Assembly (NCBI RefSeq): GCF_006345805.1
Contig: NC_043008.1
Coordinates: 4,464,001-4,528,000, forward strand
Direction of reading: 5' to 3'
Source: Octopus sinensis
Lineage: Eukaryota
DNA length: 64,000 nucleotides
Position numbers and translations under genes: made by a program. Under the pieces are notes generated by a model. It was given only the letters and a program-made list of their open reading frames with translations, had not been told where the DNA came from and did not search any database. Shown here one piece after another: positions 1-12,613 of this stretch; within the stretch, counting starts at the first letter, position 1; the number at the start of each line of letters is the position of its first letter.

Positions 1-979
1 TTCACTTCTTCACCACCACCACCATCATCATCATCAATGATGGTATAATGTGTCTCATTCCATGCTTGTATTGGCTGGAAAGGTCTACAATAAAACATCT
101 ATCTGTGTGGCTTGAACCTGTATCATCTTTGGTACAGATATGAAGATCATTTCACAACCACTTGGCACTGAGATCAATCCTTCTGCATGGCACATAGACC
201 AAGTATCTATATATCTACACACATACAACATACTGATACACTGGCATATATTTGAGTTCATTAGATTAGAAAGGAATGTATTTCATCATCTTTTTTGGCA
301 TGCAAGTCAAATTTTTCAGACCAAAATTCACAACGCAAAATGGTTGCTCAACTTATACCCGTAGGCAACTCGGGAGGACCAAAAATTCCACATAAAATGT
401 AGCAGGACTTGGAAAGAGAGTGATAACGTTTAAATGTTTCACCTATAAATTTACATTACATGCTACACCACCTTGTATACTGAAAAATATGCTAGGTTGA
501 CTGAGCACTTATTTTTAAAATATCTGAATAACTATGGGAAATATTTATTCAAGATACCCAATTATCAAATGATATGAGAATTCTCATCTTTTGTTACCTA
601 TCTCTGTAGAGCTACTCCTAACTGCATCTGATATTGTTTTATGCTATCCACTCTGTAAGTGGATACAGGGACATACTAAAGGAAGCATTGTTTGCCTTTT
701 TTAAGAATGCATAGGTTCATGAAAGAATCTTAGATTTTTCTGTTTTCTTCCAACCATAAATTTTAGTCTGAAAATTTTCAAACAAATGTACTTTTGATAT
801 AATTTTGTATGCTGATGACAAATACTACATTCATTATTTTGGAAAATTTATAATAAAGAAGTGGAAAGCATTTAACGTTTCATATTTTTGGCCAATGAAT
901 TTTAAGCCACTGTCCTCACAGTGGAAGCCAAAACTGCTTGTTGTCATGACAACTCCATTAAATTATTATTTTCATTTCG

Positions 980-1620
980 TGGCTATGTATCCCGGAAATG
1001 TTGCAGGAACGTCAAGAGTCCATGTCCATTAGAAGAGGCACATGGTTGCAAGGAAGAACCCCTCTACTTTGAAGTTTAATTTAATTTATCTGCTGCCGAG
1101 TCAAAGAGTTGACAACAACTAAGTTTTCTAAGGATGTAACTGTAGATTATAAAAATTATTTATGTGAGGTCTGCACTGACAATTTGCTCTGCAATCCAGA
1201 GAAAATCAGTGGTCCCGACAGAATTGTTGAAATAGACAAAGCAGTCTCTTCAAGAAGAAAGTACAGTCAGGGCCAAATAATGCAACCCAAACATTGGGTT
1301 TTCAGTAGATTGTGTCTGAAAGCTCTAGAAGTTTTCCTTTCCACCATACTTTCTTGAGACTGTAACACATTCAAAGAATGCGTTCATCAATCAATTCTGC
1401 CAGGAACAACTATTTACAGCGACCTGTGGTATGTATGCTTGCATAGTCTTGAGATATCAGGGTACCAGTTTTGCCATAGAATAGTGGTGAACCGCAGCAC
1501 TGACTTTGTAAACTCGCAAGGCAGGATTCATAATCAACAAGTAGAAAGCACTTGAGCCTTCAACAAGGAAATCAACAGCATCGTGACACTCGTTGTTCTG
1601 CAGTGGACTCGTATCCCATC
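980..1620 (+). mobile_element. Merlin-superfamily (IS1016/ISXO2-like DDE) transposase remnant, pseudogenised
   Basis: The frame of ORF 1109-1357 reads SIRRGTWLQG..(stops)..EKISGPDRIVEIDKAVSSRRKYSQGQIMQPKHWVFS. After a shift it reads ILPGTTIYSDLW and VNRSTDFVNSQGRIHNQQVEST. These match the Merlin motifs KIGGPGxIVEIDESxFGKRKYNRG, ILPGTTIxSDxW and VNHSxNFV..HTQxIESxW. Stops and frameshifts are present; no TIRs found. Confidence 0.85.
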
Positions 1621-1890
1621 ATTCTGTTCTTTTAATGACAGTCCATGTGTTTTCATTTCATTTCAGCTGTTATTTCTAGTGGCAGGTCAAAAGCAAGACC
1701 TGTGAGTTTGACAATAATATTATTAATCTAATCGTATGTAAATATAATCCTCAAGTCGTTAGAAGAAAATGAAAAAGATGTTAAAAAGAAAAGAAAACAT
1801 TCACTGTTTCATCGTTGTTTTCTTTCATTAAATTCATTTTTAAAGAAACCTGGTTCCCTTCTTGTCTTCATTTTCAACCATACTCTGTTT

Positions 1891-1904
1891 GTTGCCATGG
1901 CAAC
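1891..1904. promoter_or_regulatory. RFX X-box, perfect palindrome GTTGCCATGGCAAC
   Basis: Exact 14-bp optimal RFX site, very unlikely by chance in 64 kb of AT-rich DNA. Confidence 0.7.
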
Positions 1905-3287
1905 CTATTTTTGACTTCCACTTGTCAGGACACTGGACTCGTTTCATTGAGTAAAAATATATAATTTTAAATGCTTCTGTCTTGTTTATTATTAATTTTT
2001 TCAAAAAAAAGAATAAAAAACCAAATGAATGCAGTATTCATCATCAGCATGCAAAGCGACATCTGTGTGGAAAATTTGAAAACAATCCATTGAGAATTGA
2101 AAAATCTTCAAGTGGTTTGAAGGAAACAAAAAACGATCCAGAGTCTCAATTGGCATTAGTTGACAAAGATTTCAAAACTAGAGATTTCTCTCTCTTCCCC
2201 TCTCTTTCTCTCTCTCTTCCCCTCTCTCTCTCTCTTCCCCCCTCTCTCTCTCTCTCTCTCTCATATTTAACAGTAGTGTTAACAAAATGGCTACATCAGT
2301 CCAGTTGACAATTTCTTAATTGTAGATCTCTCTCTCCCTCCTCTTTTCTCCCTCTCTCCTTTCCCCTTCTCCCCCTCCTCCTTTCTCCCTCTCTCCTTTC
2401 CCCCTTCTCCCCCTCTCTCATTTAGCAGTAGTGTAAGCATTAGTTTAGTCAGCAATAATTTCTAAATTATAGAAGGTCCTTTCCTCCCTCTCCCTCCCTT
2501 TCCCCCCCTCCTTTTTTCTTAGCAGCCAACAAAACATTTGGTTTACTGAGTTGTAATATATATTCAGAAGCATTTCTTCAAGTGTTTGACTTGATGTTTA
2601 ACCCTAAGGCAACCTCAATTAAGCAGATCTATGATGGAAAATATTCAAGACATAACCACCATGTCGTTTTTTTCTTTTCTTTCTTTTTTTTTTGGCTGCT
2701 GAGGAAAAGTGTACTCCAATATACATTATTCCTTTTAAGGTATTAGTGTGTGATTTAAGAGACATTTGTCTGCATTTTCTAGCTGATCAAGAAACTATGT
2801 AGAGAGGTGGTAATCATTAACCTAGACAACAGATTAAGTCTAGTGGCAAGAATTCTCACTAAATCATTAAAATACATTACAAAAAAAAAATGGCACAAAA
2901 CAAAGATGAATCCAAAACATAAATGAAGAGACGACTTCAACAAGATTTTGTAGATTACTAAATATTAATGCAATTTATTAAAGAGATTAACTAACTGCAT
3001 ATAAATTGAAGAATACCCCAAAAATAAAAAAAAAGGGATTAAATTAAATTTCTCTATGTCTATGTGGTGTGGCTGTGGTGATTTTGCAGGATATGTCAAT
3101 ACAAATAAACTACACAATATTTACAGAATTGAGAAAGATTTTTTACCATGATAGAACAATATATTCTGCTTAAACACCCACATATATTGTTATAGTCATG
3201 TTTGTTTTTCTTAGGGAACAGTAATTATAGGTTTCGTTTTTGGATTTGGTTTGCAAGATTCTTTATATGAGTTCGTGTGTTGAAGCA

Positions 3288-3491
3288 TATTCTGTTGTGT
3301 CTGGGGAGAGTAATTTTTTTTCTGTGCCTTATAATATAACACACTCACTGGTAAAATTTCCACTTTTTTTCTTATTTTTATTTTCCTAAAATTTTCGTTG
3401 CGTCTTGCAACCTTTTCAATAGTTTTACCAGTGAGTATGTTATATTATAAGGCACAGAAAGAAAATGACTCTCCCCAGACACAACAGAATA
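3288..3491. mobile_element. Fold-back element (PLE pseudo-LTR-like), ~67-bp inverted arms
   Basis: 3288-3354 and 3423-3491 are near reverse complements (tattctgttgtgtctggggagag...ggtaaaa / ttttacc...ctctccccagacacaacagaata). The spacer holds a hammerhead-like fold. Confidence 0.65.
3386..3422 (-). ncRNA. Minimal type I hammerhead-like motif, U3-A8 core variant
   Basis: Minus strand: CUA | UUGAAAA | G | GUUGC-aagac-GCAAC | GAAAAUUU | UAG. Stem III is the AAUU palindrome; stem I is only 3 bp. Confidence 0.45.
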
Positions 3492-3705
3492 ATTATATGT
3501 TATTATTTAGATATCAAATTCTGAGTTCAAATCACATCTTTTATTTTTTATGGGTCAATAAAATGCAGTGTTAGTTATATACAAGGAGCAATGGTATTGA
3601 CTAGTCTCACCTTTCTAATTTTTTGCCTTGCACCTATGTTAGAAACATTTATTAAGTACCAAATTCTTTTCTCATACACCTATATAACCCAGCCACTGAT
3701 ACTCA

Positions 3706-3718
3706 GTAACATGGTAAC
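3706..3718. promoter_or_regulatory. X-box-like motif GTAACATGGTAAC
   Basis: Fits the GTNRC-N-RGYAAC consensus as a 13-bp variant; weaker than the site at 1891. Confidence 0.3.
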
Positions 3719-3787
3719 GTATTTCCTGGTATGCAAGTCAACGGACTTGTAATGCAAATAGGTTAACATTCAAATACCAACAGTATC

Positions 3788-3903
3788 TGTAGAAACATTG
3801 CCAGATAAGACTGAAGCCTGGTGCAGCCTTCTGGCTTCCCAGATCCCCGGTCGAACCGTCCAACCCATGCTAGCATGGAGAACGGACGTTAAACGATGAT
3901 GAT
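3788..3903 (+). mobile_element. 5'-truncated 3' tail of the RTE-type LINE family, (GAT)n end
   Basis: ...ccaacccatgctagcatggagaacggacgttaaacgatgatgat is the same terminus as the element at 23312-26033. Confidence 0.75.
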
Positions 3904-6086
3904 CATCATCATCATCATTCTAAATCTTGTGTTTCACATGGAATTTATTGTCCTTCAAAGCTATTTTTGTGTATAAGTCAACCTACTCTTTTGGGCTGTA
4001 AATTTTAGTCAGGAAAATTTTACTTGTATTTCAGAAAATACAATATTAAACATCTTGCCAAATAAATATAACACTGAAAAAGATTTCAATACTTACTAGA
4101 GGCATACTAAATATATTAAAGTGTATGAAATAAACATTATGTATAGAATTCAAATTTCTAAGAATATTGTATTCGAACATTGCCAACAAATAACTCAAGC
4201 AATACGAACAAAATCCACAATTTCAGAGAAAACAACTTTCCTTGAGTAAAGAGTAAAATCAAGTAAAGGGTGAAATATTTATCTGTTGATTTTGTGAAGA
4301 TACTAAATTAACATTTGAAACCAAGAAAAAAAAAAATAATAATAATGATAATAAATAAATAAAACATAAAAATTAACAAACTATTTGTTTGATAAAAATT
4401 AAAAATGGTTTTCAAATCAGATGGAAATATTGGCACTAGTTTATTGACATGTGTTATTTTGACAGCAAGTATATTTTTTCTTATGTTTGTTTGTAATTCT
4501 ACTTTTAAGATGATTTACAAGATATAAACATTCATCAAATTAAAAAGTAATAATTTTTATCTTTTTATCACACTTGGATTTTGCAACTCAACATTTCCAC
4601 ATCAACATCAAATCTTTTGCATCTATCTACGTAAACAATAAATTGATATTTAAAATTAATTCTTTCATGTATTTGAGGAAAGCTGCATTTTTATTTTTCT
4701 CTCTATTGAGTTTTCCCAATTCCTTTGGAATTTATAAATTGATAGCTGATACCAATTCTTTAGTTCTTTTACTTTATTTCACTTAGTTGTAATCACACAG
4801 CTAGCAAGATATGATGAAACACTAATGTCTTCTGGTTTGTTGCTTTTAGTATCTACGTCTAATAAATATATAATTTGTGAATGTGTACATAAGTACAAAC
4901 GGTTCTTAACAGTTTCCTGAATTTCTTCGTAGATTCTTTAGTGTTTTGGAAACAGTACAACAAAGTAGGAAAATGAATTTCTTTTTCTAGAGTAGTTAGA
5001 ATGGTTTGCTTATCAAGTAAACAGTAGGATCTGAAGTGACACCTGGTGGTCTGTGTTGGTGGCAATTGGAGTGTTAAAGTTCAAAGGTGGAATATTTTGG
5101 TTTGCCTTGAGGAAGTGGAACCAATTGTTTTGGGTAGTACCATCCTTTGAATGTGATGTTTATCTATTCAGTGCCATTAGAAATCATTGCTCTTTTATGA
5201 AGTGTACTACTCAAAAATTAAGACTGTTCTTTCTAACAACAAACCAATTTATTCCACTTTCGAACTGCATCACTAATAGTTAACCCTACAAGGTATAAAC
5301 TTTGCCGTTATCATTAAAGTTTGCAAATGCAAGACAACATTCGTATCTTCTAGAATGATTGCTACCTGCACATGAATAGATTTGAGTTAGCTGATTCAAT
5401 CACTCATACACGGCTGTGTTATGTTGGGATTTAAATAAACAAACACATCTAGCAGTCTTGCAGACCAAATTACCCAATCTTTGAAACATTCAGTAAATAG
5501 TACACTTTGGTTGATACGTTATAACAAAAAAATACTGTTAATGAAAAGTAAATAAAGTCTACGGAAGTCCACACGAAATACTTTACATAAGAATCTAATT
5601 TAACAAACTCATCAGCAAACTCCTGCTTCTTCGTCTGATAAATGTTTTTCTCTACAAACTGCACAAATGTTTTCCCATTCAGCTACTTTAGATGTCAAAG
5701 CTACCCTTCATTGTAATCAGACTCATAATCTAATTCTCCATGAAATAATTCCACCTTTTTTTTTTCACTATTTCTCCTGACAGTTCTACTTCTTCAGTGA
5801 TATGAAGTTGAAACCATTTTTTATCAGAACTTTATCTCACTGTTTACATCTTCCATCTTTCAAGATTGTTTTCTTATGCCAATCTTCTTTTTTTTTTTGT
5901 TGTTATTTATTTTTCTTTGCTTCTTATTCAGCATCAGCAAAGACGTGGAACAACTTTTCTTTTGGTTTCTTTGGAAGAGCCAATGTTGCAAAAGTCATAT
6001 ATTCTTCTTCACAGACACGATTCTGTTGACTGTTTATTTTTTCAATTCAACCATATCTTACATAGACAACATATGGTATGTGCACA

Positions 6087-6127
<41 letters not shown>

Positions 6128-7960
6128 GTACTTAATTCCACTTTATTTTATATTTACTGGAGATATATAGTTAACAAAACAAAAACAAGTTACTCTATAA
6201 TAAAGACATCAGGTTGTTGTTTAACCCCTGGCCTCTCCTGAGCATAGCAACAGGTTAAGGAACTCCTTCAAACACCAAGCATAAAACCCACACGTTTCAC
6301 CTTTCTCTCCCAAATACTTCCTCTTAGTTGGGGGAGCTTCTTCCCTTCCCTTTTCCCCTGTTCTTTTTCTGTCCTGCAACTTACCTGCCAGCCTCATTAG
6401 TGCCAGTGGCATGTAAAAAGCACCCAGTGCCACTCTGTAAAGTTGGTGTTGGGAAGGGCATCCAACCATAGAAATCATACCATCATGGAAAGTGAATGTT
6501 AAATAATGAAGATGATCACACACACACACACATGCATAGGGAGGAGAGAAAGAAAGAGAGAAAGAGATGGATAAACTGATAAAAGAAAGAGAGAGAGAGA
6601 AAGGCATAGTTGTATAGAGCATGTATTTGTTTCACAAATATACACAATATATTTCGTAATTGTAAATGCAAGAGAATGTTTTTCCTTCTTTTCAAAGAAG
6701 CAGATTACAAAACATTCTTTGGTCAGTTTATTGCTGACGTCATCAGTCCTTGAAATATCCAGTTCTAATTTATTGCAGATTTCATGATCGCAAATAAAAC
6801 ATCTCAGTTTCAAATCTAGGTAAAGGCTTGCTACAATCTGTTAACCAACCCTCTTATTTGTTGGGTATCTTATACGTAATGTCAAAGTATGCTTCACAAA
6901 TTCATTTATTAAATCTTTCATAACACTTTTTCTAATGAAATGCATTACTTATGTGTTTCAATTAAATTTGAAAATGGACAAGAACCAAGAACATGGAAGG
7001 AACTGATAAATTTACTGTCCTTTTAATAATTCAGCTGCTGTTTGGACCACGTAACTCGACAAAAAGGTTATTGTATGAAATTATGTTGGAAAGTTTTCAG
7101 TGAAATATACTCATTTTGAAATAGATAAGTTTTTAGCTTTGACTCGGAGGTTGTGTTGGTTCGGTTGGTCTCAAAAAGGCTAAGCAATTCTACATTTCAA
7201 TACTAACTGGCTGCTGTTACAGAATTATTAGTCTATGCCAAAGTGAACAAAGTGGGATACTAAAGTGAGTGGCCCACAACATCGATTTTCATAAAAATCA
7301 ACCAGGTTCAGGTTTACAAAGTAGAATTTATATTTTATTGGTTATTCTTATTTCATTTCAGTCTGGATAATATTTGTTGTTGTATATTGTGGGGTTTTCT
7401 TTTGTTGTTGTTTCTTGAGTAGGGGGTGGGGGTGTATTATCTGAGTAAGGACATCTTTCCAAAGTTTATTTTTTTACAATATATCTTATTTTGGGGATGA
7501 ATTAGTCTATTTCATTGTATTTGTGTATTATTCTTGGCAAATTTTGTGCATTTTACCTCATTTTGTTTGTGTGCCAGCAATTTATTCTACTGTATTTGAA
7601 GACCTTATCTTTTAAAAATGGTGTTTATATATACATGTCTATTAAGTTCGAATGTCTGTTACAGGCTAGATAAAGAGAGTTTCTAGAATTAGTTAACTAG
7701 TAGTGGTCTGCAGCAGCAGAAACTGAATTGAGAAGAAAACTGTAAAAGTGTTTTATGGATGTGCCATGAGAGGCGCTACAGCTTTGATATTGCATAACTT
7801 ACACATCCAAATAATTAAGTTCCGATGATGGAAGTATTATACTTGTCAAGACATTTACTTTCACTATAAATGTTGAAAGCATTTGTTATCTGAGTGTAAA
7901 TTAAATGTACCTATAATATATTATAGAAATATGTCTCTTCACTGAATAAGGAATTGGGTA

Positions 7961-8125
7961 GAGTGTGGCTATGTTGATCAGAAGCTTGCTTCCTGTCCAC
8001 GTGGATTCTGGATTCAGTCCAACAATGTGCTACCTTGAGCAGGTGTCTTCGACTATAAGCCTGGACTGACCAAAGCCTTGTGAGTTGATTTGGTAGATGG
8101 AAACTGAAAAGAAGCTTGTTGTGTG
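7961..8125 (+). mobile_element. tRNA-derived SINE, family A (head region)
   Basis: A-box/B-box-like head (gtggctatgttg...ggattcagtcc) followed by ccttgagcaggtgtcttc...ccaaagccttgtgagttgatttggtagatggaaactgaa. Related copies lie at ~8700-8860(-), 22680-22850, 36160-36540, 38376-38776, 58744-59150 and 62150-62480(-). Confidence 0.75.
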
Positions 8126-9262
8126 GGTGTCTGTGTATATGTATATATATATATGTATATATATATATACAGGTATAAGTTAGAGGTGCTTAAAACCTCT
8201 AAGGGATAGATATGTCCAAAGGCACTTCTGGTAATTACCTCAGTAGGTATATTCCTTGGTAAAAGGTATATGGCAGCAGGTAACCATAGTTTAATTTAAA
8301 TAGACGAGAAGAAAATGGAAGAAAATAACAAAGAGAAGGGTGTCTTTTGCGCTAGTAAGCCATATTATTTCCACAGAAAAATCACAGGCAAATAGAAGAC
8401 ATGCCACTGAATAACCATGAGACCACAGGTCCAACTCTCTTACATTCTTCATCCACCTCACTATGGACTTAATGAACTGTGTACCCAACTATAATGTAAG
8501 ACACCCGAATCTTTGATCTTCTCTTTTCCAATGTAACCATTGATCTTTCCCTCTTTTTCTCTCTACCTCTGAATTATTAATTTGACAAAATGGATCATTA
8601 TAATAAATGTCAGGGAATAGCTATTGCAGAATTTTGCCACATTACCAGAAGAAGATGTGTGTGTCAAGAATGTGTCAAGTGTTTGTAAGGTAGTAACCAC
8701 ACACACACATCACAAACTGTCATACAGTTTCCATCCCCCAAATCCTCTCTCAAGACTTTGGTCAACCCAGGCCTATAGTGGAAGACACCTGCCCAATGTT
8801 CCATTCAGTGGAACTGAACCCAGAATCTTGTGATTGTGAAGCAAACTTCTTATCACACTGAGAATTAGAAACATTTAAAAATAAAAAAAAAAGCTGTGAA
8901 ACTCCAGATCCTGCAGGTTCTTGATTTAAGTTAATATTTCTCTGTGTCTTGTTTTGTCTGTCAGTTTATAAGGTCAAACATCAGACCTAAAGTTTGCTCC
9001 AAAGCCTTATTCAAACTGCTCACATCCTCCCCAAATCTATCTCCAAATTATTCACATAATAACAGTTTTGGATTTTAATAAAAGATAGGATAACATTCTC
9101 TTTATCCTACTTAATGTGGATATATTGTTGACAGCCACAGATCTAAGGTATTCATCTCAAGAAAGCATCTCATATTTATTTGTATGATGCGAAAATGTAA
9201 AGGAAAATATAAGATAAAAAAGTATCTTGCAGCAGTGATGGAATTGCTAAATGTAGATTTCT

Positions 9263-9493
9263 TATTTCTTTGTTACCCACAAGGGGCTAAACACAGAGGG
9301 GACGAACAAGGACAGACAAAGGGATTAAGTTGATTACATCGACCCCAGTGCATAACTGGTACTTAATTTATCGACCCTGAAAGGACGAAAGGCAAAGTCA
9401 ACCTTGGTGGAATTTGAACTCAGGATGTAACGGCAGACAAAATACGGCTACGCATTTCACCCAGCATGCTAACGTTTCTGCCAGCTCACCGCC
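9263..9493 (-). mobile_element. Full-length tRNA-derived SINE, family B
   Basis: Minus strand begins ggcggtgagctggcagaaacgttagc, has B-box gagttcaaattcc, a central gttgactttgcctttcgtcctttcagggtcgataaattaagtaccag block, and ends ...aaagaaata. Related copies lie at ~20940-21110(-), 45690-45890(+), 51585-51760(-) and 53215-53385(+). Confidence 0.8.
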
Positions 9494-9632
9494 TTAAATC
9501 TAGATTTCTACATCTTTGCACATCATCTGCAGCAAACATCCACTATCACCTGCACATGCTGAGACAAGCATAACCTCCAATGATATAGAAAAACAGTGTG
9601 CAACAAGCAGCTGGTAGTCTGGGCAAAGATTC

Positions 9633-9715
9633 GTTATTAGTGACAGAAGCAGCATTCGTTCAGATTAGCAAACAGAAGGTTGTTCTGAACTAATGCTGCT
9701 TTCATCACTAATAAC
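9633..9715. other. Isolated 83-nt hairpin (32-bp arms, 4 mismatches, 19-nt loop)
   Basis: gttattagtgacagaagcagcattcgttcaga pairs with tctgaactaatgctgctttcatcactaataac. Confidence 0.7.
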
Positions 9716-11550
9716 AAATTTCCAGATAGTATAGTTAAAAATTTGGAGTATCTTTCATACTACAGACATATTCTAAATCAGCATGACAATGTTGTTAAAA
9801 CTTTTCTTTATTTCACCTGGCATTTGTCAGTTCCCACATGGCTCATGTAGACAGATAGCTTCCATTAATACAAAACGGTAGATTTATAGCCTAATATGTT
9901 ATGTGTTTTTGATAGTGTTAAATGTTATTTAAATATGTGTAATACAAGTTTTAAAATTTTCTAAAAGGTAACATATAACTTGTAATATCTAAATAAAAAA
10001 GTATGTTTATCTTTGATTGAGAGAAAATATTTCTAATTTTATTGTTTCAAAGACTTCACTTACTGTTGGGAATTAATATTTAACTTTATTGGAGGTGTGA
10101 AGGAAAAAAAAAACATATTAGTGCTTAAAAAATGTAAATTTCTAGATTACAAGAAATAAGTACTGTGTATTGAGGAAAAAATTATTTTCAAACAACATTT
10201 TTCCCCAAACAGTAAAACATAAATGTAAATTCTGTTCCTGTAGAGAATTTCAAAAAGAGATACAACAGTAACTCTACATGATATTAGAATATTCCCAGAA
10301 CACATTTAACAATGACTTAAAAATTGTTTATATTGTTTCTTAAAAGATTCACATGGGAAATGGCCAACTACAAGATATTATACAAGATTTATTTTACAGT
10401 TAATCCCTGGACATTGTCAACATATGTTACAAATATTACATAGAGAAAAAAAAATTATTTATTTAACAAGAAATCATTTGAGATATGTGTATGGTGTGAA
10501 ATACTAAAGATATTTTCCTTCATAAAACTGCTAAAAATTATTTGAATTGCTTTCCAAATAAAAGTACACTTTCTATGTGAATTTCAATCTGAAATTGAAT
10601 AATTGAAGCACACAGTGAAGAAAAAATAAATTAAGAAATGCAGATTCTCTACTCGTATAATATAAATTAAACATGAAAAAGAGAGGGAGACTTTACAATT
10701 TGAATGATGTATACAATGTATTATTTGGTTTCAAATATAATTTATAGTAATATGGTACTTTGTATGTCTCAGTAGAAATGAATATTAAAATCTTTAAAAT
10801 GTACATAATTTTATGTAAACTTAAAATTTCAAAACTTAATTTTTTTCATTTTGTTTTTATGTTTTTTTAAATGATAAAAATTATTCTGATTTATATCAGG
10901 ATGGAATATTTGTTATTCTAGAATATAGTAATGAGATGAATAGAAATGGGATCGAACATCGCAAGTGTTATCATATATGAACAGCGAAATTTGGGTATAT
11001 ATGTGTGTGTGTGTGCAAACACATATATACAACAAATATATAAAGTATACATTTGTATAAACATATATATACACACACACTCATACACATGGGGCAAATT
11101 CCATCTGACTTACACACGCATGGAAAAGTGGACATTGAAATGGTGTGTGTGTGTGTGTGTGTGTGTGCAGACAGGCAGATTGAGAGATAATGAAAGTATA
11201 TGGCTTAGTAGTTAGAGTGTTAGCCTCATAACTATGAGTTCAATTCCTGGACCAGGCAGTGATTTGTGCTCTTGAACAAGAATATGTTGTTCTTTCCTAC
11301 TCAGTAGAAATTAAGGAACTGTCAAGTTCTGGCATAACCATTTCTACCCTTCCCCCTCCCCAGCTATCATATCCTTGATATTCTTCTGGGTCAAGGGTGG
11401 GAGGGAAAAGGTGATCTCAATATCTGCTCACAACTAAATAGGCTCCAAATACAATTACCAGAAATGTGACACATGCTACCAAGTCATGCCTGCTTGCAAG
11501 TGAAGGTTATTCTGCTCTCTCTCCCTCTCTCTCTCCCTCTCTCTCTCCCC

Positions 11551-11602
<52 letters not shown>

Positions 11603-12491
11603 TACACACACACACACATCTATATGAATGCTGATTTGCCCATTTCTAAATGTAGCTGCTTTGTAGTTAAGCAGTTTTCCCTTCCCAAAACCATCATCCT
11701 TCCAAATTGAGTGCCACTGCATGGCACTTGGGCAGGTGTGTCTTCTGCTGTCTTCTAAATTATGTATCAAACTAAGAACCGGGTTCAGTGTCGTTGACTA
11801 AAACCATTGGTGGTGCTGCCACCTGGCTATAGTTCAGTGACTGAAAGATAAAAATAAAATAAGTACATACGAAGGTGGATTGAAAATGTCATAGGCTGAC
11901 TATGAAGAAGTGATGGTAGAGCTGTGAAATTTGGCACACAAAATTTATTGTGTAAGTTACGACTATCTCAAAACAGCTGTCGGGATAAGATTTTACATAA
12001 GTCTTCTGCTCTTTGTCTTTAGTCTGTAATCGGTATTTAGCTTTCCATGCACGTGTGATGGCTGCAATTTGATTTTAAGCAATACCCCGCCCTCCCTGAT
12101 AATTCTCTTAATTATAAATAGTAAAAATAGGTCTTTTCAGTCCTGCAAAAAACCAACACTTTTTTTACACAGATTTGGCAATGATGGGTGCCTCTTGAAA
12201 CAGGTGTTCAGCAAGCTTACTATCCATCCTTACATATTCCTTCATTCAATTATGGAAATTTCCATTGAGTGTTCTGCCTTTCTCAGATACATCCAGCCAT
12301 TGTATGTAACACATAGAGATGTTAAAAGTCATGTGAATCTTGCACTTGAAACTTTTTGAAGTGAGGACAGGCCTTGCATGGAGGAGCAATCCCACTTTCT
12401 AAACAATGAATGCATTGACCTAAAAAACTAGTCTACATCATTGAATGCAAACAAAGTTACTGGCGTTATATAATACTTTTCCTTGTCTTAG

Positions 12492-12613
12492 AAAAATGTC
12501 TAAACAAAGACCATGGTCCCTCACTCTCAGCTATCAGATGACCGTTGACTGCTGAACATATCCATTCTTTTTCATCCAGAAAGATGTCCAACAAAGACCA
12601 TCTTCCTTACCAA
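12492..12613 (+). CDS. Candidate exon of an unidentified plus-strand gene, possibly carrying the start codon (MSNKDHLPYQ)
   Basis: Acceptor ttttccttgtcttag and donor CAA|gtaagt. One frame is open except for a TGA at 12539-12541, which lies upstream of an in-frame ATG at 12584. Confidence 0.3.

Noticed and set aside
3205-3265. cgaaacctataa motif on the minus strand as a hammerhead
   Set aside because: No matching core or stem I.
4600-5750. Protein-like minus-strand fragments (KGWYYPKQLVPLPQGKPKYS; LPPTQTTRCHFRSY; WENICAVCREKH)
   Set aside because: Possibly a decayed transposon ORF, but I cannot assign a family and the frames are short and interrupted.
6735-6742. Full CRE palindrome TGACGTCA
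   Set aside because: A single 8-mer without supporting promoter context is compatible with chance.
11868-12100. tacgaaggtggattgaaaa as a mariner-like TIR
   Set aside because: No convincing partner TIR or transposase motif.
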